The position numbers and the translations under genes are program-made. This document shows, piece by piece, positions 24,642-36,164 of a DNA stretch of 64,000 nt; within the stretch, counting starts at the first letter, position 1, and every line of letters starts with the position of its first letter. A model generated the notes under the pieces. The model saw nothing but the letters and a program-made list of their open reading frames with translations, ran no database searches and was not told the DNA's origin. Origin of the DNA: Squalus acanthias (Eukaryota); NCBI GenBank assembly GCA_030390025.1, contig CM059432.1, positions 71,364,001 through 71,428,000 of the forward strand, given 5' to 3'.

Positions 24642-27600
24642 GGGCTCGATTTTGCCAGGCCCTGAAGAGGTGGGATTGGAGGCGTGTGAGGTGTTAAAAT
24701 CGCGAAAAATGGTGGGCGGGCCCGATCCCGCCTCCATCCCACCTCCGAGCAATTTTCCCAAATGCGAGTTTTCTGACCCCGTCTCCATCCCACCTCCAAG
24801 AGGCGGGATAGGCCCTTAAGGCCCTTAACAACCAGTTAAGTGCCTCTATAATCCCATTTTGAGAGGCCTTTCTGATTTTAACACTTTTCCCACGTGCTTC
24901 ACGCCTCCTCTGAAACACGCCAGTGAATCCTGGCGGCCTCACAAGTGGAATGCTTACTAACAGTTGCAGCTCCACCATTAAAAAGGAGTTTTCAGCAATC
25001 ATCATTTGCAGGTGGCAGAACTTTGTTGTCTCAGGTCTGGGGGAACTTTTAGCAGGCATACCCATTGTTGTGGAAGTTTGGAGCCTGACACCCATCTCCA
25101 GTGTGACCTCCTGGGAAACCCCTCTCGCCACCTTGAATGAGTGCTTCCTCAACTGAAGCATATACCAGAAGCATGGGAACCATTTATTTCCTTTCCTCCT
25201 GGACATCAGATTCGGACGAAGACCAGCCGTGGCAGCAACAGATCCATGAACAACAGCACCACCAACAGCAACAGCAACAACAGGAGCGCCAAGCTGCTGC
25301 TCACCCACCTGAAGCTGCACAGGCCAGAAGGCGCTAGCGCGCGACCACATTGCTGCCCGGGATGCAAGGGATGCACTCCTCTTGGCCAGATTTGCTTAGC
25401 CTGCACAATCAAACACTTTTGCCTTGCACCTTCTTATCAGACCATCGACAATGGCCAAGAACCTGCGGATTCCTATCACTCTGACCACCATACTGACAAT
25501 TGCAAGTCATCCTAAGCCCTCAGTGTGGAAGTCCCATTAGCGATATGACAGACGCCACAACTGCAACAGTTACCATCAGAATTTTTTATTTACAATAAGC
25601 AACTGATGGCTTTTCACCATTAAACATGACATTTCACCCAAGTGACTACCCTTGTGACTACTTGTGCATTATCTTCCTCTTACGCGTGCTCCCACGTGGT
25701 GCTTCCCCTGTGGCTTCAGCAGATGTGGAGGCCCCTTGCTCACTTTCTTGCTACTCCTTTCTCGACACCTTTGGCGGGCGTCCTCTGGGATTGCGAGCTT
25801 GTGAGGGCTCGGCAACAGTCTGCTGCTCCTGTGGCTGTGCAGGGATTGAGACGCCGATCTCAGTTGGGTGGGGACTCTGGTGGGGCTCTGACCAAGGACT
25901 TTGCAGTGGCATGGTCGTGTGAGCGCTTGGAGAGGAGCCCCCACTTCCTTGTTGTCTGCCACCAACATCCCTCTCATGGGTCAGCCCCACTTCAGAGCTA
26001 GCAAGTGGCTTGACAGCACCTTGCTGCACTTCAGGGGGGCCATGAGGACCCGTTTCTGTACTGGAAGTCCTACTCCCGAGGACTTGCCTGAAGGTCTGGT
26101 TTGTTTGCTCAATAGCTAATCATCGCTCCTCAAGAGATGTCAGTCTATTCTGAACAATGACCATGTTTTCCATACCCTGGTGACTAAGCTCCTCGATGGA
26201 CATAGTCATCCTCTCCTCTACCGTAGCCATCCTCTCCTCTATGGGAGCCAGCCTTACCATGGAGGTAGCCATCCTATCCACGGAGGTTGCCATCCTTTTC
26301 GTGGTGATGCATTCATGCGCCAACGCCTCCACAAAGGCTCTGCTCATGTTAGCGGTGGACTCCTCCATTCGCTCCACACTCGCAGCGACCCTGGAGACAA
26401 AACCTGCCAGAGACTCCTGCACCTCTTCCTGGAGTTCCAGCACCGCTCTTCTTCTGGATGGACCCGGAGGCAGAGGGTCGACATGCAGCTGAGCCAAGCT
26501 GGAAATTCCTACGCCCTCCGACTAGGACTCTCCACTGCTGTCCCTGTCTCCACCATCTGCTGATGCTCACTTGTGAGCTGTGATACACCAGGTGATAACA
26601 CTACACTATCTCGCGAAGGTACTACCGAGGTGTGAGTGTCTGCGCTGGTGCTGGGTGCGCTGAATTCTGCTGACACTGCGCCCTCAGATGTTACAGCTTC
26701 CTCTGAGGTGTCTGGAGGCTCAGGCAGTTCCTCCTGGATAGCGGGGACGGGGGCTTTCGATGGTCCTGTGGGGGAGTAAAGGAAAGAGTCAGAGATGTGA
26801 GGCCAAGGTTACATGCACATTGAATATTGCAGATGATCATAAGTCAATCTGTTAGCGCATCAGAATCATTATCAGTGACTCATGCAATGTCAATGAGAGA
26901 GATGAAAAACTATTCTGTCACCAGCTTGCTCTGATGCACCCGTCTGTCCATCCCCCACTTGCGCATCCTCCTCCACTCCCACGATCTCCAGGGCCGCCTC
27001 CTCCCAGGGGGTGAGCTGGGCTACTGAGGGTGGCCCTCCTCCTGTCCGCTCTTTCCCTCTTATTGTGAGCTCTCTTTTCCTGCAATGAGGGAGACAAGTG
27101 GAGTTTGAGTGAGAATGAAGGAGTGAGTGTAGAGAATCCGTAGCATAGATGCCTAGAAGGAGACAAAAATTCAGTGAGGTGGCAAGACCAAGGGCCCTCC
27201 CTGTGTGTTATAACTTGTTTTCATAGCATCACAGCGATAGGGAGTGTGAGGGCTGCATAGTCAAATAGTTAAGGGAATGTGAACATACAGAGAGAAGGAA
27301 TGGGTAAGGGTGCAGGGATGTCAGTGTCAAGTAGGATGTGGAGGAAGAGGTTGCTAAAGCTGAGTGCTGGTGATGAGAGGCAATGGGGATCAGATTGAGG
27401 GTGATGGGAAAGTCATACTTACTTTTCCAGTGCGCAGAAGGTCATGAAACCTCTTCCTGCACTGCAGGCAGGTTCTGCAGCACATTGATAAGGAGCTGAC
27501 CTCCTGGGCCACTTGCATCCACACAGCCTTCGTCTGCTGGGGAGGCTTTTTCCTCCCTGAAGAAGGGAAGAGCAGCTTCTTATTCCCTCTTGCTCCCTCC

Positions 27601-27934
27601 ACCAGAGCTTGCAGGTCGGCGTCATCAAACCTCGGTGCAGCCTTAGGTCTACTGCTGGACATTTTGCCTGGAAGAAACTATCAGAGCAAAGGCCAAAAGG
27701 TTTGCAGTCTGCAGAAGAAGCAAGGCTGCTTGCAGGCCTTAAATCCAGCAGCATTGATGACATCATCGGAGGCGAGTTCAGAATGGAAAGACTAATTGGG
27801 TTCCCACACGCTGGAAATCAATTGCCCAATTATGGGAAAATCGCATATTTTTCCCACATCAAATTGGAGTCGGGTGGCTAACACGAAAAGCGGATGACAC
27901 GCCCCCAGCCTGCCCCAATGACAAAATCGAGCCC
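24642..27934. mobile_element. Harbinger family 2, transposase-deleted but Myb-gene-retaining element
   Basis: TIR GGGCTCGATTTTG at both ends; flanks CAT/TAT inside a CR1; only a short Q-rich putative transposase N-terminus (ATG 25172) remains on +. Confidence 0.92.
25660..27662 (-). pseudogene. Three-exon Myb/SANT-like DNA-binding gene (exons 27662-27423, 27079-26922, 26765 to ~25660), disrupted
   Basis: APRFDDADLQALVEG...W..VAQEV...RTCLQCRKRFHDL then GTAAGT; exon 2 is 158 nt against 160 nt in the 49-kb paralogue (frameshift); stops in exon 3. Confidence 0.88.
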
Positions 27935-29049
27935 TATGCCTCTATTTATGAAGCCCAGGATCCCATATGCTTTTTTAACCACTTTCTCACCCTGTCTCTC
28001 ATTTCAATAAAGCTGCATTAATAGTCTGTTGTGAATTTTCTTCATAATCTTCAAATTTTCCTCAGAAAACTTTTCAAAATTATTTCTGGCTTATCATACC
28101 ATACCTTTAAGAGGTTTCAGTTGACTAAATAGTTGAGTATAGGCAGCTTCACCTATTGAGTATAAAATGGGTCTTTTCATACCCTGTTCTGGTTTTACAC
28201 TTCATTTGTGCTAAGCGTTACAATTAAGGATATTAGGGGAATATTTTGGAAGTATTAGTGTTTTGCCTCTACCATAAGCATAATCTCAGATGAGTGATTT
28301 TTTTTCTCTAAAATAAGTACTTTGCACTTTACACTTTCATGCCGGATAACTCATCAGGTGATTTAAACAGATGAAATGCATGGGATCAATCAGAAGAGAA
28401 AATGTAATTGGAGTTGGCACCCATCCTTTTGTATGCTAATATACTGGGTTCCATACCTTTTTCTATTATAGTCATTCCCTGCACACCTTCTTTCAATGAT
28501 CCAAGAGGTCAGTTCCTTGTTCTGCCAGGTGTTTCTGAATCTCAACAAAGCACACTATTGAGTTACAATAGAAACAGAAAGCACTGCTCCATCTTTGAAT
28601 ATGGATGACTGCTTTGATGTGAGCCCATAAATAACCAAAGGAGAGTTATCTGAAAGTTCACTAAAAAAATGACTAAACAAGAGGTAAATGTTATACAGTA
28701 ATATTAAAAATATATTAATAATTGCACTAAATAGCTCTTTATAATGTTGTAATGTCTCAAAGTGCTGCAAATGCAATCGCTATTGTTATGAAGGTAAATG
28801 TGACTGCTGGGGATGTTGATTTTGGTGTTTTAACTATTTATCTTGTGATAAACCTATGCATCAAAATTTCACATTAGTAGCAGTATTGACTCATGAGATT
28901 AGGGAGCTGAATAAGACTACTTACAGCATGGCCTCGCTACTTCTGTCTACATCAGGCTTACAATATTACTGCTCACTTAAACCTTCACTTTTAACACCTG
29001 AGATGATCTTAAAAACTCGTAATTGTGATGTTTACCTGTTAGCACTCTA

Positions 29050-29392
29050 TAAACCCGATAAATTCTGTAAGCTCGCCAAGGCTTCTTCGACAGCACCTCC
29101 CAAACCCACTCCCTCCACCAAATAGAAGGACAAGGACTGCAAATGCATGGGAACAGCATCACCTCCAACTTCCCCTCCGAGGCATACAACAACTTGACTT
29201 GGACATATAATGACTTTCCTTCATCGTCACTGGGTCAAAATCCTGGAACTCCCTACCTAACAGCATTGTGGGAGTACATTCACTACATGGACTGCAGCAG
29301 TTCAAGAAGGTGGCACACCACCATCTTCTCAAGGGCAACTAGGGATGGGCAATAAATGTTGGCCTTGCCTGCGACACACATATCCCAAGAAT
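29050..29392 (+). mobile_element. 3' fragment of LINE type B (CR1/L2 group)
   Basis: Homologous to ~31310-31640; tail GGGCAATAAATG.TGGCCTTGCC...ATCCC. Confidence 0.88.
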
Positions 29393-29397
29393 TCATA

Positions 29398-29837
29398 GGG
29401 GGCAAAATTCGGTTCCTTTGCGCCTGCCTTTAGCACCTCCGGGGGGCGGGGGGGGGTTGCACTAATAGGGTGCAAAAGGGTTTATCACCCGGGGAGGTGG
29501 CAGAAAAAGCGCCTCCCGTGAAATTTGGCTGGGCGTTGTTGAGGCGCTAGCCAAGAGCAACGTGCACCACCTGTAGCGCCCTGGGCCGCTGTGCCGCCGG
29601 TGATGATGTAATCGATGAACGACACGACCCCTTAGCGCCCTGGCGTGAACCCTTACTGCCCCGTGGCAGACATTTGGCTGTGTCCCGCGAGACTGATGTC
29701 CGCTTGTGGGGTGGTAGTTAAAGGGGAGGTGCGGCCTACGACCCATGCCGCCACTTTCTTCTTTTGGCTGACTTCCTGGTCAGCCCTTCATGGCGGCCAT
29801 TGGCATGGGCCGTGGCCGCCATCACGCAGCCCAGCAC
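29398..29837. mobile_element. Half of a family-1-like Harbinger MITE, cut off by a LINE
   Basis: Starts GGGGGCAAAATTCGG; collinear with ~10956-11300; no matching right end after the LINE. Confidence 0.75.
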
Positions 29838-31645
29838 CAGTCCTGCCACATCAAGTCGTGAATGGTGGTGGACCATTAAACAACTAACGGGAGGAGGAGG
29901 CTCCATGAATATCCCCATCCTCAATGATGGTGGAGCCCAGCACATGAGTGCAAAAGACAAGGCTGAAGCATTTGCAACTATCTTCAGCCAGAAGTGCCGA
30001 GTGTATGATCCATATCGGCCTCCTCCTGAGGTCCCCACCATCACAGAAGCCAGTCTTCAGTCAATTCGATTCATTCCACGTGATATCAAGAAACGGCTGA
30101 GCGAACTGGATACAGCAAAGGTTATGGGCCCCGACAACATCCCGGCTATCGTGCTGAAGACTTGTGCTCCAGAACTAGCTGCGCCTCTAGCCAAGCTGTT
30201 CCAGTACAGCTACAACACTGGCATCTATCCGACAATGTGGAAAACTGCCCAGGTATGTCCTGTCCACAAAAAGCAGGACAAATCCAACCCGGCCAATTAC
30301 TGCCCCATCAGTCCACTCTCAATCATCAGCAAAGTGATGGAAGGTGTCAACGACAGTGCTATCAAACGGCACTAACTCACCAATAACCTGCTCACTGATG
30401 CCCAGTTTGGGTTTCGCCAAGACCACTCAGCTCCCGACCTCATTACAGCCTTGGTCCAAACATGGGCAAAGGAGCTGAATTCCAAAGGTGAGGTGAGAGT
30501 GACTGCCCTTGACATCAAGGCAGCATTTGACCGAGTGTGGCATCAAGGAGCCCTAGTAAAACTGAAATCAATCGGAATCGGGGGGGAAATGCTCCACTGG
30601 CTGGAGTCATACCTAGCACAAAGGAAGATGGTTGTGGTGGTTGAAGGTCAATCATCACAGCCTCAGGACATTGCTGCAGGAGTTCCTCAGGGCAGTGTCC
30701 TAGGCCCAACCATCTTCAGCTGCTTCATCAATAACCTTCCCTCCAACATAAGGTCAGAAATGGGGATGTTCGCTGATGACTGCACACTGTTCAGTGCCAT
30801 TCACAACGCCTCAGATAATGAAGCAGTCCATGCCCACATGCAACAAGACCTGGACGACGTTCAGGCTTGGGCTGATAAGTGACAGGTAACATTCGCGCCA
30901 CACAAGTGAGCGTCTAACCACCGACCCTTGACATTCAACGGCATTACCATCACCGAATCCCTCACCATCAACATCCTGGGGGGGGTCACCATTGACCAGA
31001 AACTTAACTGGACCAGCCACATAAATACTGTGGCAACAAGAGCAGGTCAGAGGCTAGGTATTCTGCAGCGAGTGTCTTGCCTCCTGACTCCCCAAAGCCT
31101 TTCCACCATCTACAAGGCACAAGTAAGGAGTGTGATGGAATACTCTCCACTTGCCTGGATGAGTGCAGCTCCAACAACGCTCAAGAAGCTCGACACCATC
31201 CAGGACAAAGCAGCCCGCTTGATTGGCACCCCATCCACCACCTTAAACATTCACTCCCTCCACCACCGGCGTACCGTGTCTGCAGTGTGTACCATCTACA
31301 TGATGCACTGCAGCAACTCGCCAAGGCTTCTTTAGCAGCACCTCCCAAACCCGTGACCTCTTGCATCTAGAAGGACAAGGGCAGCAGGCGCATGGGAACA
31401 CCACCACCTCCAAGTTTCCCTCCAAGTTACACACATCCTGACTTGGAAATATATCACCGTTCCTTCATCGTCACTGGGTCAAAATCCTGGAACTCCCTCC
31501 CTAACAGCACTGTGGGAGTACCTTCACCACACGGACTGCAGTGGTTCAAGAAGGCGGCTCACCACCACCTTCTCAAGGGCAACTAGGGATGGGCAATAAA
31601 TGCTGGCCTTGCCAGCGACACCCACATCCCATAAACGAATAAAAT
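29838..31645 (+). mobile_element. 5'-truncated LINE type B, RT pseudogene
   Basis: [54 protein letters not shown]; stops and small deletions; A-rich tail. Confidence 0.95.
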
Positions 31646-32871
31646 TTAAAATCCCGAGCCTGCAATCTCTCTCTTGCAATCTTTCTTGTCTTTAGTTTAT
31701 CAATCCCATTATAGTCATTGCTCCTTTTAAAAAAAAATTAAGCTCCATATACATGAATTCTACATATTCTTTCTTCTCCTTACATTCCCACTGTATTGAA
31801 ATCTAAACTCACTGCACAACCTCCTACTCTTGCTCATTATTTTATAAGACCTTAAAATCATGGAACCCCTTAACTCCTTCAGTCTTTTCATCCCACTAAA
31901 TTCTTTAGGCTTTTAAAACTAAAGGTCAGTGTCGGCTAATCACTACTTACTGATTTATTTCATTTTCTCCTTTAATCTTTTCATCATTGATGGTATCCTG
32001 CACTACAGGTTTTGATGCTTCTGCAATTCTCAATTAAAAGAAAAATGCTGCTGGAATAAAGCAATTTTGCTTTCCTTCTTTTATGCTTTCTACCTTTACA
32101 AAATTGTTCATGTTAACTGATGACGCTGCTACTCATCATCATATTAGCAATTAGGCGCTGTGGATGTCTAAGTTAATAGATTTGAAAACTCAGAGCTCTT
32201 GTCTTTGTCTCGCTTGACAGGCATAAACTGGGTGGGCAGGCGAGGAAAATGAGGGCTGTAGCTATTCCTCCACCAAATGCTGTTTCTGCCGGAAGTGACA
32301 TCAGGCATATAGTGCATCCACCCAAATATGGACAGGCATATTATATTAAGATGCAAATGGCAGGATGACATCATGCAACAAATTTCCCAACAATTTCTGG
32401 CTGCAAGGAACACCAGTTCATTACTGGGTCCAGTGTTGCTAAGAGCCATGGGAAGAGGGGTTACATTTTAATAAGCCACTTTTGATTCGGCAAATTTAAA
32501 GATTTAGGGGGAAAAATTAGGTCGCGCCCCATTTGGGGCGCAAATATCGTCTGGACGCAAATATTAGCGCCTGGCGCTAATTATCGCCACTGACTGGAAA
32601 CTTCACTTTTACCGCCCGGGAGGTGAGTGGAGCGCTAAATCAGGCGCTGCACACCTGTCTTAAGGCGCAAAGGCCGAGCAGTGAGGCGCTAACTCAGAGC
32701 GCGAGCGCAGCGCAGGTGCTGCCAGTTAGCGAGGGAACACAGACACACTGGCGCCGGCCACTTCTTAAAGCGGGGGGGGGGGGGGGCCAACTTGCTCCCC
32801 AGCCACACCCTGCTCATTGCAGCCTTGAATCTCGGCCTGGAGAGACCTGTGAATCCATTTTGCTGCCAAGG

Positions 32872-34691
32872 ATGGAGAGGGTGAGAGAACGAGCTCATCG
32901 CTTCACCGAGCGGGCCTTGGATGCTCTGGTTGGCGCGGTGGAGCGCAGAAGATGTATACTCTTCCCTGAGAGTGGCAGGAGGCCTTTGCCACGCGAGTAC
33001 AGAAGAGTGTGGAGGGAGGTGGCTCAGAGCGTCTCCTCCAGGAGCATGGTGCCCAGGACCCATGTTCAATGCCGCAAAAAGTTCAACGACCTCACTCGGG
33101 TCGTCAGGGTGAGTGGCTTTTTCTCAATACCTCTCCATCCCTCTATCTCAACCTCACTCTATGGCCAGAGGGTCTTAAAACCCCAATGCACAACACTCAT
33201 CCAGCACCTATGGCCCTTTCATGAAACACACACACACATTCCACACTTTGCATAGAGTAAGGGCTATTCACCTATGGGAGGCACATCAGGCAAGACCATG
33301 GCTGCATACAGTAAGGGCTATTCACCTATGGGAGGCACATCAGGCAAGACCATGGCTGTATATTTACTCAGATGCTGTCCTTTTTCTTACAGGCCAAGCT
33401 GGCGCATAATCGGAGACAGCAGCAACGGACAGGAGGAGGGCAGCCTCAGCTGCAACCCCTCAGCGATCTTGAGGAACGCGTCCACAGGATTGTGGCAAGC
33501 CGGGTGATCGGTCCCGTCGCCACTGGAGACGCCGACCCCGTTCTGGACAGCAATGGTAAGGTCATCACCTTTTTGTCCTCTGTCCTTCCACTTGTCCCTC
33601 ACAACACCAGCCTTTGACACTTTCAATCCAACTTGCTAACTCGCTGCACTTATTCCTCCCTTACTGCCACCCTGTCCTCACGCTAAAGCCACTCTTGTAC
33701 CTCCCTGCTTTCAGATGGTGATTCACCAGCTGAGGAGACTGGCCCTGAAGCTGCCACTGGGAGTGAAGCTGCAGCCGAGGAGGAAGAGGAAGCCGGAGCA
33801 TCAGTGCCACCCTCTCCCGAGGAAGCCCATGCTCACACTGGGAACACGCCTTCCCTGGAGGGGAGCAGGGGGGAAGGGTCTGATGAGGGTGAAGCTCCAG
33901 GACCCAGCGGGCTGCAGCAACGCCATGGGGGTAGGGAAGAACGGGGGCCTTCTCCCCAGAGGGAGAGTATGCCAGAGACTCCTACTGCAATGGACGCAGA
34001 GGAGGAGCGGCTGATCGCAGAAATGAACACCCAGGCGGTGGGCATGCACACTGAGCTCATGGGTGCAGTGGGAAGGGTGCCCGAATGCATTGAGTCACTG
34101 GCAAGGAGTGTGGAGCACTTCGCTGTAGCACAGGCGGATGCCACACTAACGCTTAGTGCTGCAATTCAGTCACTGGCTGCCGTGATCCCATCTCTGACTG
34201 CTCTCATGCAGACTCAGATTGAGGCCACGCGAGCACAGACTGCTGCCAACCTCGATGGTTCGTTCACATGTCCCCGGGGCTCTCACCGCGCCGCAGCAGG
34301 CCAGCAATCTGTTCTCCAGCAGATTGCTCCGGATGCTGAAGTGCTGCCCCGTGGGAGTGCCAGTGTGTCGGGCGAGCAGGGAGTTGCTGTCCTCTCTCAC
34401 GATGACAGCATTCCTGCTGCCAACACTGTCACTTCTCCACTGCACTTGCCACCGCCTGTAGGACAGACTGCTGCCGCCCATGCAGAGTTGGTGCAGTCTG
34501 CAGCCGGGCCCTCCAGGCCCAGAACTGGTCGAGGCCGTCCTTCAGGGGCATCTGCAGTGTCAGGGTCTGACGATCAGCAGCCTTCCACCAGCCTTGCTGC
34601 AGCCACTGAGGTCCCATTACGGAGGAGCAGTAGGGTTAGAAGGGGGGAAGTGCGCAAGGGAAGGAGATCACCCTCGAAGGGCAAAAAGTAG
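32872..34691 (+). CDS. Harbinger Myb/SANT-like DNA-binding protein, join(32872-33108,33393-33555,33715-34691), 458 aa
   Basis: RFTERALDALV...W.EVA...RTHVQCRKKFNDL; introns GTGAGT..TTACAG (phase 0) and GTAAGG..TTTCAG (phase 1); spliced length 1377 nt with no internal stop; basic C-terminus. Confidence 0.9.
33249..33362. repeat. 54-bp tandem duplication in intron 1 of the Myb gene
   Basis: AGTAAGGGCTATTCACCTATGGGAGGCACATCAGGCAAGACCATGGCTG at 33256 and 33310. Confidence 0.95.
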
Positions 34692-35003
34692 GAGGTGTGA
34701 CAAAATGCTGGTCATTTTTTTATTAAAGGCCGAGGTTCATGGTCCAACTTTTGTTTAGTGTTTTGGACATTATCTCCAGGTTGTGAGAACCAGTTATGTT
34801 ATTGACTGTTTTTTTGTGTTTATTTCTATGAGTTTGTCATGAGGAATTGACACACACAGAGTTTGTAAAATAAATAAGTTTCTGTATTCAAAATATACAT
34901 GGTTGGTGTTTGGAATTATTGGTGCCTTGGCCGGCTTAGGGGTTGCGTGCTGGGTTCATTGATGTTGTTAGCAATGGCAGAAGCCATTTCCACAGCAGGG
35001 GCC

Positions 35004-36164
35004 CTAGAAGCGGCTTGCTATTAGCTGTTGACGGACGGCCCTTGCAGTTTCACCATTGTGGGCCGCCCTCCCGCCTTGGTGCTGCTGATGATCATCCTCC
35101 TCGTCCTCTTCCTCCTCTTCTTCCTCCTCCTCTGGTGGTGCTCCAAGGCCTGGTGGCATTGGCTGGGTCCTGACGATTGCCATGTTATGCAACATGCAGC
35201 ACACAACTACGAAGTTGGATACTCGCTCAGGCGAGTACTGCAGGGCTCCTCCAGAATGGTCGAGACAGCGGAACCGTTGCTTCAGCACACCAATTGTGCG
35301 CTCAATGATGTTCCTGGTAGCTTGATGGCTCTCATTGTACCGCAGCTCAGCAGGGGTGTTGGGCGTACGGAGCGGTGTCATCAGCCAGGTGCTCAATGGA
35401 TACCCCTTGTCCCCGAGAAGCCAACCAACTGGCTGATGCGGTGCCTCAAAAAGTTCTGCCACAGTAGTCTGGCGCAGGATAAAAGCATCGTGGCAGCTGC
35501 CAGGATAGTGGGCATTGACAGCGAGTATCAGCTGTCTGTGATCACAGACCAACTGAACATTCAAGGAATGGAACCCCTTTCTGTTCCGGAATTCCTCGGC
35601 ATTCTCATGTGGAGCACGCAAAGCCACATGCATGCAGTCAATGGCGCCCTGCACCATGGGGAAGCCCGCTATCCTCGCAAAGCCCAGAGCGCGGTCACGC
35701 TGCTTGTCTGGGGTCATGGGGAAAGAGATGAACTCTCGTCTCCTTCTGAAGAGGGCATTTATGACCTGCCGGATGCAGCAATGCACCGCGAACTGGGAGA
35801 TATTGGCGAGGTCCCCAGCAGCAGCTTGAAATGAGCCAGTAGCATAGAAGTTGAGAGCCACTGTGACCTTCACTGCCACCGACAGAGACGTCCTGGACCT
35901 CAGTTGAGGCTGCAGATCTGGCTGCAGCAGGTGGCAGAGCTCAGTGACCACCTCCTTGCTGAATCGCAGCCTTCGCAAACACAGCTCCTCAGACATATGA
36001 ATGTAGGAGAGCTGTTCACGATATACCCTGGGAGGGTAAGCTCTCCTGTACATACGCCTGTTGGCCCTCCTCCGTCTGGCCATCATTGCCACTCTCTCTC
36101 TGCGTCTCTGTGTCCTCCGATTCAGCTGGAGCAGGACGACGCCCCCAATCAGTGCAGCCCCCAT
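35004..36164 (-). CDS. HARBI1-like Harbinger DDE transposase, 386 aa from the first ATG
   Basis: Uninterrupted ORF; GAIDCMH (D), NRKGFHSLNVQ, PGSCHD, LLGDKGY (D), IIERTIG.LKQRFRCL (E), CCMLHN; acidic tail. Confidence 0.95.
   Translation of the reverse strand: MGAALIGGVVLLQLNRRTQRRRERVAMMARRRRANRRMYRRAYPPRVYREQLSYIHMSEELCLRRLRFSKEVVTELCHLLQPDLQPQLRSRTSLSVAVKVTVALNFYATGSFQAAAGDLANISQFAVHCCIRQVINALFRRRREFISFPMTPDKQRDRALGFARIAGFPMVQGAIDCMHVALRAPHENAEEFRNRKGFHSLNVQLVCDHRQLILAVNAHYPGSCHDAFILRQTTVAELFEAPHQPVGWLLGDKGYPLSTWLMTPLRTPNTPAELRYNESHQATRNIIERTIGVLKQRFRCLDHSGGALQYSPERVSNFVVVCCMLHNMAIVRTQPMPPGLGAPPEEEEEEEEEDEEDDHQQHQGGRAAHNGETARAVRQQLIASRF

Larger units (their letters stand above)
23848..27998 (-). 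mobile_element. CR1 LINE 3' portion split by two later insertions (23889-24069 and 24642-27934)
   Basis: CATAGAAT tail at 23848; KTLVRPQLEYCVQFW...RTRGH; CR1 sequence resumes in register at 27935 (TATGCCTCTATTTATGAAGCCC). Confidence 0.9.

Noticed and set aside
24153..24788. 211-aa chimeric ORF as a novel fusion gene
   Set aside because: Chance read-through from a Harbinger terminus into the CR1 it inserted in
32623..33255. 210-aa track ORF as a single-exon gene
   Set aside because: Uses a GTG start in the subterminal region and reads into intron 1; the spliced model from ATG 32872 fits better
33249..33362. Tandem repeat considered as a CRISPR-like array
   Set aside because: Two adjacent units with no spacers in eukaryotic DNA; a simple intronic duplication
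35028..35834. 268-aa plus-strand ORF with a hydrophobic N-terminus
   Set aside because: Antisense shadow of the transposase; the Leu/Phe run is the reverse complement of its acidic tail
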